A stretch of DNA of 64,000 nucleotides, from positions 36,087,353-36,151,352 of the forward strand of contig NC_068990.1 of assembly GCF_001194135.2 (NCBI RefSeq), written 5' to 3'. The translations under genes were made by a program, and so were the position numbers. Source of the DNA: Octopus bimaculoides. Taxonomy: Eukaryota. Shown here piece by piece: positions 1 to 11,598 of this stretch. The notes beneath the pieces are model-generated. The model was not told where the DNA came from and made no database searches. It saw nothing but the letters and a program-made list of their open reading frames with translations. Every line of letters starts with the position of its first letter. Position 1 is the stretch's first letter.

Positions 1-163
1 GTGGATTACATCAATTTCAGTACTTAACTGGTACTTTATGTTGTCAACTCCAAACAGATGAAAGTCAAAGTTGATAACGGAGAAATATGAACTCAGAACG
101 TAATGCCCGAAGAAATACTGCTAAGCATTTTGTCCGAAATGCTAATGGCTCTGCCTTCTCGCT
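1..163 (-). mobile_element. tRNA-derived SINE (Nin/Deu-like domain family), diverged copy cut by the window start
   Basis: Reverse complement aligns by eye with the + copies at 662-856 and 8421-8635 (ttagc...aaatgcttagc, ttctgagttca, tttcatc, aagtaccagtt blocks). Confidence 0.75.
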
Positions 164-333
164 AACCACTAGTGTTGAAGTGTTGATATATTTTGACGAA
201 CAATAATTTAATGCTGTACTCATTCTATACACAAAAACTTCAACTAATCGGTTATGGAATTTAGCACAATCCATTCTTCAGGATTTGCATTTTATATTGA
301 GTTTACTTTATTCATCTTCTTTAGTTTCTTCAT

Positions 334-660
334 GAATATTTCATGTAATTTTCATGAAATTTGCAGGGTCTTTTCAGGTTCATGTGTATAACGATGTGAA
401 TGGTTTTATCAAAGTCTTTCAGTAGTTCTTTCATAAAGATTTAGTGCCAATTTCAATGGTATTTTCGTGGAACTTCAAGACGCATCCCTCAAATAATATA
501 TTCATTTTTTTTTTAAAGTTTTCTTTCACTGTGCCTTGTGCCTTTTAGAGCTAATTGTTGCATGTTTTATGTGGTATTTCAGTGAATTTTTTCTGTGATC
601 TTTAGTTATTACCACTACATTTGAACCATTCTTTCCGGTATTCAATATTTTCAGGAATTT
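334..660 (+). repeat. 327-bp direct repeat, copy 1 (copy 2 at 853-1179)
   Basis: gaatatttcatg...ttttcaggaattt recurs at 853-1179; about 90% identical by eye; a SINE lies between the copies. Confidence 0.95.
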
Positions 661-661
661 A

Positions 662-856
662 AGGTGGCGAGCTGGCAGAAACGTTAGCGCAGCCTACGAA
701 ATGCTTAGCGGTATTTCTTCTGTCTTTATATTCCGAGTTCAAATTTCGCAGAGGTCGACTTTCGGGGTCGATAAATTAAGCACCAGTTGCGTACTGGGGC
801 CGATCTGATTCCCCTCCCCAAACCTTTCGGGCCTTGTGCCTAGAGTAGAAAAGAAT
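662..856 (+). mobile_element. tRNA-derived SINE (Nin/Deu-like domain family)
   Basis: A-box-like ctggcagaaacgttagc, B-box-like gagttcaaatttc, central gaggtcgactt/ggggtcgataaattaagcaccagtt, tail gggccttgtgcctagagtagaaaagaat; multiple copies in the window. Confidence 0.9.
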
Positions 857-1179
857 ATTTCATGCATTTATCATGAAATTTGCAGGGTCTTTTAAGGTTC
901 ATGTGTATAGCAGTTTGAATGGTTTTATCAAAGTCTTTCAGTAGTTCTTTCATAAAGGTTTAGTGCCAATTTCAATAGTATTTTCGTAGAGCTTCAAGAA
1001 GCGTCCCTCAAATAATATATTCATTCTTTTTAAAGTTTCCTTTCACTATGCCTTGTGCCATTTTAAAGCTAATTGTTGCATGCTTTATGTGGTATTTCAG
1101 TGAATTTTTTTCTGTGATCTTTAGTTATTACCGTTACATTTTAATTATTCTTTTCAGCATTTAATATTTTCAGGAATTT
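853..1179 (+). repeat. 327-bp direct repeat, copy 2
   Basis: Matches 334-660 end to end. Confidence 0.95.
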
Positions 1180-3424
1180 TCCATTTTTGGTTCTTCAAAT
1201 AATTTCAGGGTTTTTTTTTTCTGAGGATTCCTCTTCCTAGCACCAAACGTCTTGTAATTTTCCGGTAACTTTTGTTTTCCGTTTCTTTATCTCTTTATTT
1301 TCTGTCCTTAGTCTTTTGCCAAACGTTTCAGGCTTAAGTTAAAACATCTTTTTAATTTTTTGAGCATTATAATTTGTTTTTTGTTTCTTTTCGAAATTTT
1401 TTAATCCTATTCCTTCAACTTTCAGTAAATTTTCATTTTGTTTTCCAATATCTTCAATATTGCTCGTTCTTTGAAGTTTTGTATTTTAATTTTCAGTTGT
1501 CTTGTTCCTTTCAATCTTCTTTTGTGTTTTCCGATAATTTATTGTTTCTTTGGAAGGTTAGAGTTTCGCTGTTTGATTGTTACTCTTTTCCTGACACTGT
1601 ACTCCTTACCCTCTATTTTTTTTACGTTTTCGGACGTTTTTGTTGTTGTCGGGTATCCCTTTTAAATTCTTTGATCTATTCTATTCCCGTTGGCTAATTT
1701 ATTTTATTCTTCAATAGAAACTTCAACTAGTTGCATGTGTGTGTGTGTGCTATAATTTCATTATATTTATTTTCAGCTTCCTCAAAAAANNNNNNNNNNT
1801 TTTTTTTTTTTTTGATGTTACAACCAACTTGCAAACTTATATGTATTTCTTCTCACATACATTTAGTTACTTGCATTGTTTCTAATTCCAGCGCCATCAT
1901 ACCTAACAACTATAACTTCCTTCAAGTTGGCACTTGATCTTCTTGCAAGAATATATATAAATAAAAAAAAATAACAGCTTCTAAACCAAAGAAATTGAGA
2001 CAGCTATCTTCATTTCCTTAGGTACTCAATCTCACCATTTATCTTCCATCGAATATACACAGATCACCTGCAGCAGAAGAAGCATCGATATATCATCAGA
2101 TAACAGAACCACATAGCAAAAAAAGAGCAATTAAAGAAACTGGAAAATTTATTGTATGAAATAGTAGCGTATTGGGACGATGATAAAACCTAAACTGCGA
2201 ATGTACCTTACGTAACTGACATGTAAAACAAATGAAACGGAAAAGTAAAAGAAACAAAATACCATTTTAAACTTACATTTGGAACAATATAGCTAAACTC
2301 AGTTTTCCCCTAACATTATATTCTGCTGACAAAGGAGTGGTTTTTCGACCATCATAAAGTCTTCAAAACGTTGTACAACGAGTTAGCAAACGCTGATCAT
2401 ATTAGTATCATATATCAAATATGCCACCTTTTGTTATTGTTGTTGTTATTGCTTAAACTTAACTATGACCAAAACCGTTTTATCCATGTCCAGAATATCT
2501 CCTTCTGTTCGACCTGCCTTTTGTTTTCAACCAACGAATACCTAATACGACATTATACACTGTGGGTTAAGATAGCACCTTCTTTTAAGACTTATGATGG
2601 TAGTGGTGGCGGTGAAGCTTAAGGGAGATGAGTCCGATTTTTCTTATAAGGTGAAAGACCATGCAGAGGTTACCTTTTTGAGTCTTATACTTACTATTGA
2701 CTGTATAGATAACCATAACACTCTCATTTATTGGCAGATTATTTGAAATAAGATTGTGTGGCATTAATATACTTCCCGAAAAAACTAATGATATATTGTA
2801 TCCTACATGAGACATCTTGAAGAATAATATTTGTTTCAATACGTGACTTCAGAGCAAAACTTCTTCACAAATATACAAAAGGACATTTTCTTAGCGATGT
2901 AATATAGCTGAAATAATTTAGTTAGGATCGAAAATGGTTCTGAGATTTGCTTGACGGCATTTTAATTATGTTTTATCTAAGATTATTTGAGAATAAATTC
3001 TATATTGCGATAACATTAATTATGATTAATTACTTCATAACAGAACATAGTTATTAAAACTACCCATAAACAATGTAGGAGGGCTTAAAGTAGTCATGCT
3101 TTTTTTTTTTAAATAACTGGTATTAAATATTCAATATTAACAGCACAGCATCCAAGCAAACATGTAAACACAAAACAAGAAAAGGAAGTTTTTATTTATG
3201 CACTTATCAAAATTTCTGCCATCTTGCATGGTGCGGTGTATGCCAGTTGTTTAAAGAAGGCAAACTGACAGATTACAAATTACGAGAATGTACACAAAAT
3301 AATTTGTGACATTGAGTTACGCCCTTTTAGCATTAGTCGTGAGTGTTTATAATTTTCAAGTCTGTATTAAAGCACAGATTTGAAACATTGAGAATTTAAA
3401 ATATTTAAGAAGCATCAGAAGTCT

Positions 3425-3730
3425 ATGAAGGCGCGTGACCTATTGGTTATGATATCCGGTTCATGACCATATGATTATGAGTACGATTCCTCGGCCAAAC
3501 GGTGCGCTGTGTCCTTGAGCACGGCACTTTACCGTTACTTCAGTCCACTCTACTATAAGTAGCAATTTGTACACTTATTTCTCTCTCCAACAGTCACGTC
3601 ATTGTTCTACACGGCTAAGGTTGATGTGATCGAGAGCGTGTCTATGTCTACTTGCGACTACATAGGCATCTAAAATAATTAGCAAGAGGGTGGTACTAAG
3701 TTATAATCCTTCGCCAAAGACGGCTGGCTG
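3425..3730 (+). mobile_element. tRNA-derived SINE, second family (gtgtccttgagc central motif), diverged
   Basis: Head atgaaggcgcgtg, gtgtccttgagca and cagtccactc blocks shared with the copy at 25776-26100. Confidence 0.75.
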
Positions 3731-3847
3731 TACTTTAACAAAAAATTAAGTAAATGGAAAATTTAAAAACGTACCATATGCATGTGTGTGTGCGTGTGCC
3801 TGTGCGTGTCTGTGTGCGTGCGTGTATGTGTGCGTGTGCGTGTATGC

Positions 3848-3885
<38 letters not shown>

Positions 3886-3950
3886 TAGGTAATATATAAA
3901 TATATGCATATATCCATACATATATGTACATACCTGCGCGCTTGCCGGAT

Positions 3951-3951
<1 letters not shown>

Positions 3952-4029
<78 letters not shown>
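3952..4029. repeat. Compound (TA)n(GA)n microsatellite
   Basis: Direct reading. Confidence 0.98.
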
Positions 4030-4033
<4 letters not shown>

Positions 4034-4117
4034 AACGCTGATACTCCCAGAGAATTATGTTGAAGTTGTACGTGTCCGTGGAATGATCAGCCATTTACAC
4101 GTTACTTCATTCACTAG

Positions 4118-4186
4118 GCTGTTCTGTTGATGGAACAATTGAAACAGTCATCGTTGAAACAGACGAAAAACCATTATTTATTAACA
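4118..4186 (+). CDS. Candidate 69-nt internal exon (phase 1-1 reading CSVDGTIETVIVETDEKPLFIN), gene unknown
   Basis: ttcattcactAG acceptor, GTaagg donor, length divisible by 3, open frame; no homology recognised. Confidence 0.25.
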
Positions 4187-4704
4187 GTAAGGTGGTAAAG
4201 AAAAATTGTACATATGATATTTCAAAAAATATTTATTCTCAGTAGAGAAACATAATTGCATTAAAAGAAATTGTACCATGGGGGATTTGTATTCAGTTCA
4301 TTGATTACCATTCCAGCAAATATTTAAATAAATATAAAATGCAGAAATCGATGGTATTCAGTGTTAGCATTATGAGAACTTATGATTAATTCTTTAGGTG
4401 GAATAATTGACACGTGACCTACAATTAGATGAGATGAGAGAAGTAACGAAAATATATTTCAATTGAAAACTGAATGTCTTAAGTTGTAGAACAGTGGTAG
4501 TAGTGGGAGTGATGCTGATGCTTTTCATAGCGGTGATCGTTGTGGAAGCCTCTTTGGTAATAGCGGTGGCCGTAGGAGTGATATAATAAATAAGTGACAA
4601 GTAAGCAAGACGAACAAAGACTGCAATAGTCAGCGCAGAAGCGAAAACTGCGACTTTGCCATTATCACTCTGTTACAAAGCCGCATTACTAAATAAGGAA
4701 AGGG

Positions 4705-4988
<284 letters not shown>

Positions 4989-5828
4989 GCATGCATACGT
5001 ACATTTAAATGTGTGTGTATATCTTATTAACTAAAGACAGACAGACAGACAGATAGATAGAGTGACTGACCATGCATACTTGTGGATGAATTGTTAATTT
5101 TTACATGGACATGTTTAATTAACACATATTTGTTGTCACCTCATAATTAAACATTGAATTTAAACCCCCGAGTTCTCATTCTAGGAGAGACAGTACACAT
5201 CCTAGACTAGAGTATTTTCACCAACAGTTCGGCTCTACAACCAAGAGAAAGCTGCATTATTTTATTGCGTAGGTATGAGAGGAGGGTAATCTCCATGAGA
5301 TTTTGGAATCCTGTCTCTTTATCCTTCACAGACAGTTGATAACAAGTTTGAAAGCTTGGTCGCTAAGTATACAGATGATATATAATTATTACACCTGGCA
5401 GGGATGTTCAGGTTGTGGAAAATCCCTTTCTCTGAGCAGGTTAGATATTTGAACTATTGCTCATTGATGCATCCTTACCTTTCAACGAGAAAAGATGCAA
5501 TATTTGTTCACGAGATTTCAGCAGTATCAGATAAATTAAGTATTGTCACATCTTTGTATTATATTTCTGGTCTTTAAAAGTCCGGTGGATACTATATATC
5601 ATCATATAAATGTGTAAGATTCTCGATAGATTTGTTCCAAATTTTGGTATAAATGTGAGAAATTCCAAGGAAAATGGTGTCTGATCGCAAAACTCTTTTT
5701 CACACGCTTTCTTGATGGTATCTTATACAGTAATAGATTGTCATTTAAAACACTTGCAGTTGTTGACCAACTGCCTTTTAAAAGTTTTAAAACAGGAGCA
5801 ACACATACATATGTAATGCATACATATA

Positions 5829-5832
5829 GTGT

Positions 5833-5875
<43 letters not shown>

Positions 5876-6121
5876 GTGTGCGTATGTGTGTGTAAGTGTG
5901 CTTGCCTTTTAATTCCAGCAATATCAGTCTGGTATACGCACAAGCTGTATACATTCAGGTGAATCTCATAATATAGATAGATAGATAAACACACATACAC
6001 GCACACACGTACGCACATCCACACATATACCTACACAAACATACATACATACCTACCTACATACATACATACATACATACATACATGCATACGTACGTAC
6101 GTACATACGTACATACATACA

Positions 6122-6150
<29 letters not shown>
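5829..6150. repeat. (GT)n and (CATA)n microsatellite cluster
   Basis: Direct reading. Confidence 0.95.
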
Positions 6151-6153
<3 letters not shown>

Positions 6154-6211
6154 AACAAATGTGACATCCGGATGCATTCGTACTGAACTATAGGTTTGTT
6201 TATAATTTCAG

Positions 6212-6253
6212 CGAACATACTGTTCGCTGATCAGTGCTATTTGCCTACCATCA
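6212..6253 (+). CDS. Candidate 42-nt internal exon (NILFADQCYLPTI in phase 1, or RTYCSLISAICLPS in phase 0)
   Basis: tttataatttcAG acceptor and GTaagt donor; length divisible by 3; no homology recognised. Confidence 0.25.
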
Positions 6254-6404
6254 GTAAGTCGTTATTTCTGGAGAATATGCAAGTCATCATTTTAGATCTC
6301 GTTGTTCACAGTGTAAATAACGATTTATTATATAGTACATTATATATTATATTATATTATATTTTATTATGTAAATATGTGTAGACAGACAGACAGACAG
6401 ATAA

Positions 6405-6441
<37 letters not shown>

Positions 6442-6884
6442 AAAAGGTATAGTGATATACACCAATATGTATAGAATTTGTTCGTATACCTGATTATATA
6501 AACGTAATATTGTTTGAATTACTAGCATGAAGGAGCTTCTAAATTGATCACAATTTGCTCTGGAATCTTTCATATTTGCTATTGCTAAACCTTGACGCTA
6601 TGTCAATCCACCAATTATTTTCTGAATTCCTTTGTGTTCCTTCAAAGATCTATCACTCGAAAGATGCTCATTATTTGTTAAACGGTTTGATGGTTTGATC
6701 TGCTGGTGTTGTAAACGAAAAGCAAGTCCCTGGTATTTCATATTCATCTTTTCTTTTCTTTTCTTTTCTTCCATTTTTTTGTTTCTTTCTTCTGGTCCTA
6801 AAATGTTCATTCCTTTTTATTTTAAGTGTCTTGAGATTTTCATGGATATCTGGACGTATTTGATCACTAATCCTTCACTGATAA

Positions 6885-7265
6885 CGGTGGTGGTGGTGGT
6901 TGCGGCGGCGGAGGTGGTGGCGNNNNNNNNNNNNNNNNNNNNNNNNNNNNNNNNNNNNNNNNNNNNNNNNNNNNNNNNNNNNNNNNNNNNNNNNNNNNNN
7001 NNNNNNNNNNNNNNNNNNNNNNNNNNNNNNNNNNNNNNNNNNNNNNNNNNNNNNNNNNNNNNNNNNNNNNNNNNNNNNNNNNNNNNNNNNNNNNNNNNNN
7101 NNGTGGTGGTGGTGGTAGCGGCGGTGGTGGTGGCAGCGGCGGCCGAGGCGGCGGTGGTGGTGGTAGCGGTGGTGGTGGTGGCAGCGGCAGCCGAGGTGGT
7201 TGTGGTTGAGGTGGTAGTTGGGGTGGTGGTGTTAGTGGTGGTGGTGGTGGTCATGGTGGTGGTGC
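6885..7265. repeat. Imperfect (GGT/GGC)n low-complexity tract spanning an N gap
   Basis: Direct reading; includes two copies of a ~42-nt ggtggtggtagcggyggtggtggtggcagcggcrgccgagg unit. Confidence 0.9.
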
Positions 7266-7760
7266 GGATGTCGGCGGAAATTGAGGAAGACTGTGGTAGA
7301 CTGAGGTGGGGGTACTACTGTTGCTACTTTTGCTGTTGATGTTGCTGTGATGGTGATCGTGGCGCCCTTGCTGTTGTATTTAGCGGGAAATGTCTGTCTT
7401 CTTTTGCTGTTGTCTTAGAGTGGGGTATTAGAAGCAGTAGTACTGTTTCTATTGTTTTGTTCCTGCTGCTGTTTCGGATGGTGGGCGATGATGGTTAGAG
7501 CGGTGGTTCTACTAGTAACCTGAGACGAATGTATGTTACTACTAGTAAGCAGAGCTGAGGTGCGGGAATGAAGCTTAACCTCAGGTCCAGTTTGACTGAA
7601 GTGATATTTGATCAAAGATGCTCCGCCCATGACAACCACTTACTTTTAATGTTGGTTATGAATTATATTACTTCGCAACTATGTAGACACTAATATAAGC
7701 AGTAAATGACCACAACTGTTATTCTAAGATCTGCAATAATAATTGGCCATCACTAAGAAT

Positions 7761-7942
7761 ACAGTTCTATATTTAAGAGATGAGGAATTATGTACATTAT
7801 TTACATTATTTACATTTGACGGATATTTGTCCTCATCTTGTTTGTTGTTAACACAACATTTCAGCTGATGTAGCTTCCGGCCTACATCAGATGTCTTGGG
7901 GAAATTTCGAACATGGGTTCTTATTCCTAAGGTATTTTTCGA

Positions 7943-8004
<62 letters not shown>

Positions 8005-8063
8005 CTGGAATCAAACTCGGAATCTTGGGGGTTAGTAGCCCGTGCTCTTTACCACTACGCCAT
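7761..8063 (-). mobile_element. Composite SINE: tRNA-like head (8063-8004) + (AAT)n + Penelope-type tail with hammerhead motif (7944-7761)
   Basis: Minus strand reads atggcgtagtggtaaagagc...gagtttgattccagg (A box TGGCGTAGTGG, B box GTTTGATTCC), then about 19 AAT units, then catcgaaaaatacc...ctgatgtaggccg...cagctgaaatgttgtgttaac. Confidence 0.8.
7850..7895 (-). ncRNA. Degenerate hammerhead ribozyme motif (core CUGAUGU; A9 mutated)
   Basis: gacat-ctgatgt-a-ggccg-gaagctacat-cagct-gaaa-tgtt-gtgtt; homologous to the copy at 8110-8155. Confidence 0.6.
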
Positions 8064-8207
8064 CGAAAAATACCTTAGGAATGAGAACCCTAGTTCGAAA
8101 TTTCCCCAAGATACCTGATGAAGGCTGGAGGGTATATCAGCCGAAACGTTGTGTTAACAAAAAACAAAATGAGGACAAATATCCGTCAAATGTAAATAAT
8201 GGAAATA
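8061..8207 (+). repeat. Inverted partial copy of the SINE tail (pairs with 7795-7944)
   Basis: catcgaaaaataccttaggaatgagaaccc...ccgtcaaatgtaaataat is the reverse complement of the left arm with scattered substitutions. Confidence 0.95.
8110..8155 (+). ncRNA. Minimal type I hammerhead ribozyme (Penelope-type)
   Basis: Stem I gatac/gtgtt, core CTGATGA at 8115-8121, stem II ggctg/cagcc, GAAA at 8143-8146, palindromic AACGTT in place of helix III, predicted cleavage after GUU at 8150. Confidence 0.75.
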
Positions 8208-8420
8208 ATCGCTAAGAATGTTTNNNNNNNNNNNNNNNNNNNNNNNNNNNNNNNNNNNNNNNNNNNNNNNNNNNNNNNNNNNNNNNNNNNNNNNNNNNNN
8301 NNNNNNNNNNNNNNNNNNNNNNNNNNNNNNNNNNNNNNNNNNNNTTTTTTTTTTTTTTTTTTTGAAACAAAATTAATCATTCAGAAGATAACTATTCTCA
8401 TTATTCTCTGTGCTTTTTAT

Positions 8421-8635
8421 AAGGCAGTGAACTGGCAGAATCGTTAGCACGCTGGACAGAATGCTTAACGGTATTTCGTCCGTCGCTATGTTCTGAGTTC
8501 AAATTCCGCCGAGGTCGACTTTGCTTTTCATCTTTTCGGGAGTCGATAAATTAAGTACCGGTTAAACAGTGGGGTCTATGTAATCGACTAGCACCATCTC
8601 CCAAAATTCGTGGACTTGTGACAAAATTTGAAACC
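8421..8635 (+). mobile_element. tRNA-derived SINE (Nin/Deu-like domain family)
   Basis: ctggcagaatcgttagc, gagttcaaattcc, gaggtcgactttgcttttcatcttttcgggagtcgataaattaagtacc. Confidence 0.9.
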
Positions 8636-9019
8636 ATTATTAATGCTATATTTTTAATTGACTAAAATATATCAACGTACTTTCTCATGTTTTCTTTATT
8701 ATTAGTTCTTCAATTTGTTTTAGCCGTCACTGTTTAGGTTATACCGAAGCACTACCGTGAAATAACAGGGATGATCTCTGTGTGAATTCTACTTGTTCAA
8801 ACATTAAATTAGTAGCGATATCGTTTTTTGAAATTCCACAGGCGCAAATGATATAACTGATCATTCTCGAAAGCCAAAGGAAAATATATTGAACAACATC
8901 TGACGGCCTATGAAGTTACTGGCATGAAAAATACCTTTGATTTAATCCATATAGAATAATTTTGGAACATATTAGAGAATATGTATTGCCCACCTTGATT
9001 TCCCTGCTAGATTTCTACA

Positions 9020-9420
9020 GATAGAATGTGGTATAAAATGGCTATTTCGTTTCAATAGATCGCTGCCTTTCTCTTTGGCAGCTGTGTCCATTGGGAAGAT
9101 ATAACTGCTCCATTATTTTCGTCGATTTAATGCTTATGTGCAACCGAAGAATCTGTTATCAATAACTACATAAAGTGCAAAATATTATAAACGTATGAAT
9201 TACGTCGATGATCGGTTCAATATAAAGTGTTTATGGCTAGCATTAGGAATCTCTTATACCTCGATTAATCAGTCATTTCGACGTATTCAGAAACTTATAT
9301 AAAAGTGTTTTAGAACACGTCACTAAAATCATGCACTATATTCTGGTTAACTGCAGGAATTGCAATGACAAATATATAATACATATTTTCACCAGCAGCT
9401 ACGTATAAGAGTATTTATCT
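9020..9420 (+). pseudogene. Possible very old Penelope-like reverse transcriptase relic
   Basis: Y-V-D-D-R-F-N-I at 9201-9224, preceded by a KYYKR-like stretch and a G-V-S-I-G..APLF-like segment; frameshifts and stops present. Confidence 0.3.
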
Positions 9421-10194
9421 TGTACGGTGCTGACAGAAGATTGTAAATCATTTTATGTATTTTTGTTCCATTATTTGTCAAAGTTGTTTTTGAGAGGCAA
9501 AAATAATTATTAGAATGACAAGGATAAGTAAAATTTGGAAACTTTTTCTCGAAAAAGTTTAATCAAATCATAATATAAAAGTGGCGACTAAAACAACACT
9601 TTGTGTCCTTCCTTCCAATTGTATTATAGCTACTTAGCCCCATTTCAGCTTTGATTAGCAGACCATTAATGAAAGGCTTTCTATTCATAATCTTTTTGCC
9701 TTTATTTTTCAAATCTTCCTGTACTCTGGCTTGCACTGCCCAACGTATTATTTGTAAGACAGTAAGTTATGATTTGAAGTAGATTTAGCTGTTATTTCAT
9801 GTTGTTCTAAGTACCATGTAGAGTCTTCCAAAACAAAGACATTTTATCACTGACATCTGAAGGTATTTAAGGAATTGCATTAACTATTTTAATGTTACAT
9901 TCTCAAAATAGGTATTGTGTACATCTTTCAGAATATGTTTTGAGAATCTCTTCCTTCTGTAATCAGAGGCTCCACGTTACCAGATATAGAATGGTTTGAA
10001 ATAAAATTGTGTGACGATTACTAATGATCAACTCAGCAAAAAATATGAACTCAATTATTTTAGAGAAATTGCAGGAAGAAATCGTTGTGAAATGCAATGA
10101 ATAATAAAGAGGTCTTCGTGTAAAACGATGAATTACAGAAAGTGCATGCTGAAATTTCTGGCGTAAAATTTGCCATCAAAATAGTACCAGCCAT

Positions 10195-10283
10195 TTTGCA
10201 AATCTTGCCACTAAAATCTACTATGACGGATAGAGAATCAAAAGTGTTGTACAAGCTTTTGTCACTTCAGGCGAATAAGGCAG
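10195..10283 (+). repeat. 89-bp direct repeat, copy 1 (copy 2 at 12584-12672)
   Basis: tttgcaaatcttgccact...cgaataaggcag; 2 mismatches between copies. Confidence 0.95.
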
Positions 10284-10945
10284 AGATATCTCGCTATAAT
10301 GTGAGACGGTTAATATCCAACAAGATGAGGCAATTATCACGTGTATATATGCCATATAACATATATATATATATATATATATATANNNNNNNNNNNNNNN
10401 NNNNNNNNNNNNNNNNNNNNNNNNNNNNNNNNNNNNNNNNNNNNNNNNNNNNNNNNNNNNNNNNNNNNNNNNNNNNNNNNNNNNNNNCCTACAATTATTC
10501 GTTAACCCTCAGTAACACTAAGAATAACCCTCCACCCGTTCGCCGATGACTACCACAAAATACACAATTTTTCAGTTTTTCCCTTCCTTTCGTCTTTGAC
10601 ACTCTTTTCTTTTTCACTAACTATCTGCTGCTGGCTTTCAAATTTCCACATTCTTGCCCGTATATTCTGAACAACGGACCACCTATAATGCATTTCGAAT
10701 CCAGTCTACTGATCAGGAACATTAAATTCGAATAACAAGATGTGAGGTGACATCTGCCATAACAAACCGTCTGTCTGTGAGTATCTTCCTCTCTCCTCTC
10801 TCCCTCTTTCATTTTTCTCTCCCCTTCTCTGTCTCTGTCTATCTGTCTGTCCATCTCTCTCGCTTTCTCTCTCTTTCTGTGCATACATACACACACACAC
10901 ACATACACGTACACATACATAGATACATAAATTTATAGACACACA

Positions 10946-10989
<44 letters not shown>

Positions 10990-11342
10990 TATATATATAT
11001 ATATATATATGAACGTCTATGTGTTTCTCTGTGTTTACACACACACACACAGACAGATACGTTTGTATGTACGTATGTACGCATGTATGTCTATAAGTGT
11101 GTGTGTAAACACACATAAATACATATTGTTCAGAAAAAAGTTTTATGTAAATGTTTGAGCACTCGTGTTTCACAGTCAATCCAGTAAAATGAACGTCTTT
11201 TATAAAATATACTCAATACCGGACTATAGATAGACAGAATGCCGTTAACTTGTCGTGCATTCGTTAAGTAAACAACTTTCAGTCATCCAATACATGTCTG
11301 AAGTAATGAAATTAACGAATAATACTATTAAGGATAATCGCA

Positions 11343-11343
<1 letters not shown>

Positions 11344-11393
<50 letters not shown>

Positions 11394-11405
11394 ATGACGA
11401 TGATG
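11344..11405. repeat. (GAT)n microsatellite
   Basis: Direct reading. Confidence 0.98.
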
Positions 11406-11561
11406 AATATTTAATAGTGGTAAATATGTATGTTAAAAGTGCTAAAAGCTTTGTCAACGAATAATTTTTAATTGAAAAATTGCTTCGAGCGAAGAAAAAT
11501 CTTTGGAAAATTAGCATATTGTTCAGAGCAGATATATTTGTTTTGTTTATATTACTTTGCT

Positions 11562-11598
<37 letters not shown>

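Noticed and set aside
1200-1700. T-rich segment giving hydrophobic + ORFs and Lys-rich minus-strand peptides
   Set aside because: Compositional bias with stops in the minus frames; no recognisable domain. It may be a decayed retroelement but cannot be supported.
6632-7339. Gly-rich (GGGGS-like), Val-rich or Thr/Ala mucin-like readings of the GGT tract
   Set aside because: No start or splice context for any frame, interrupted by a gap, and similar GGT tracts are common non-coding repeats in this window.
8004-8063. tRNA-like sequence as a true tRNA gene
   Set aside because: No acceptor stem and a mispaired anticodon stem; it is a SINE head.
9669-9761. Signal-peptide-like ORF MKGFLFIIFLPLFFKSSCTLA ending at a GTAAGT donor
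   Set aside because: It overlaps what appears to be a decayed dispersed repeat (similar to ~38910-38980); hydrophobicity follows from T-richness and no downstream exon is evident.
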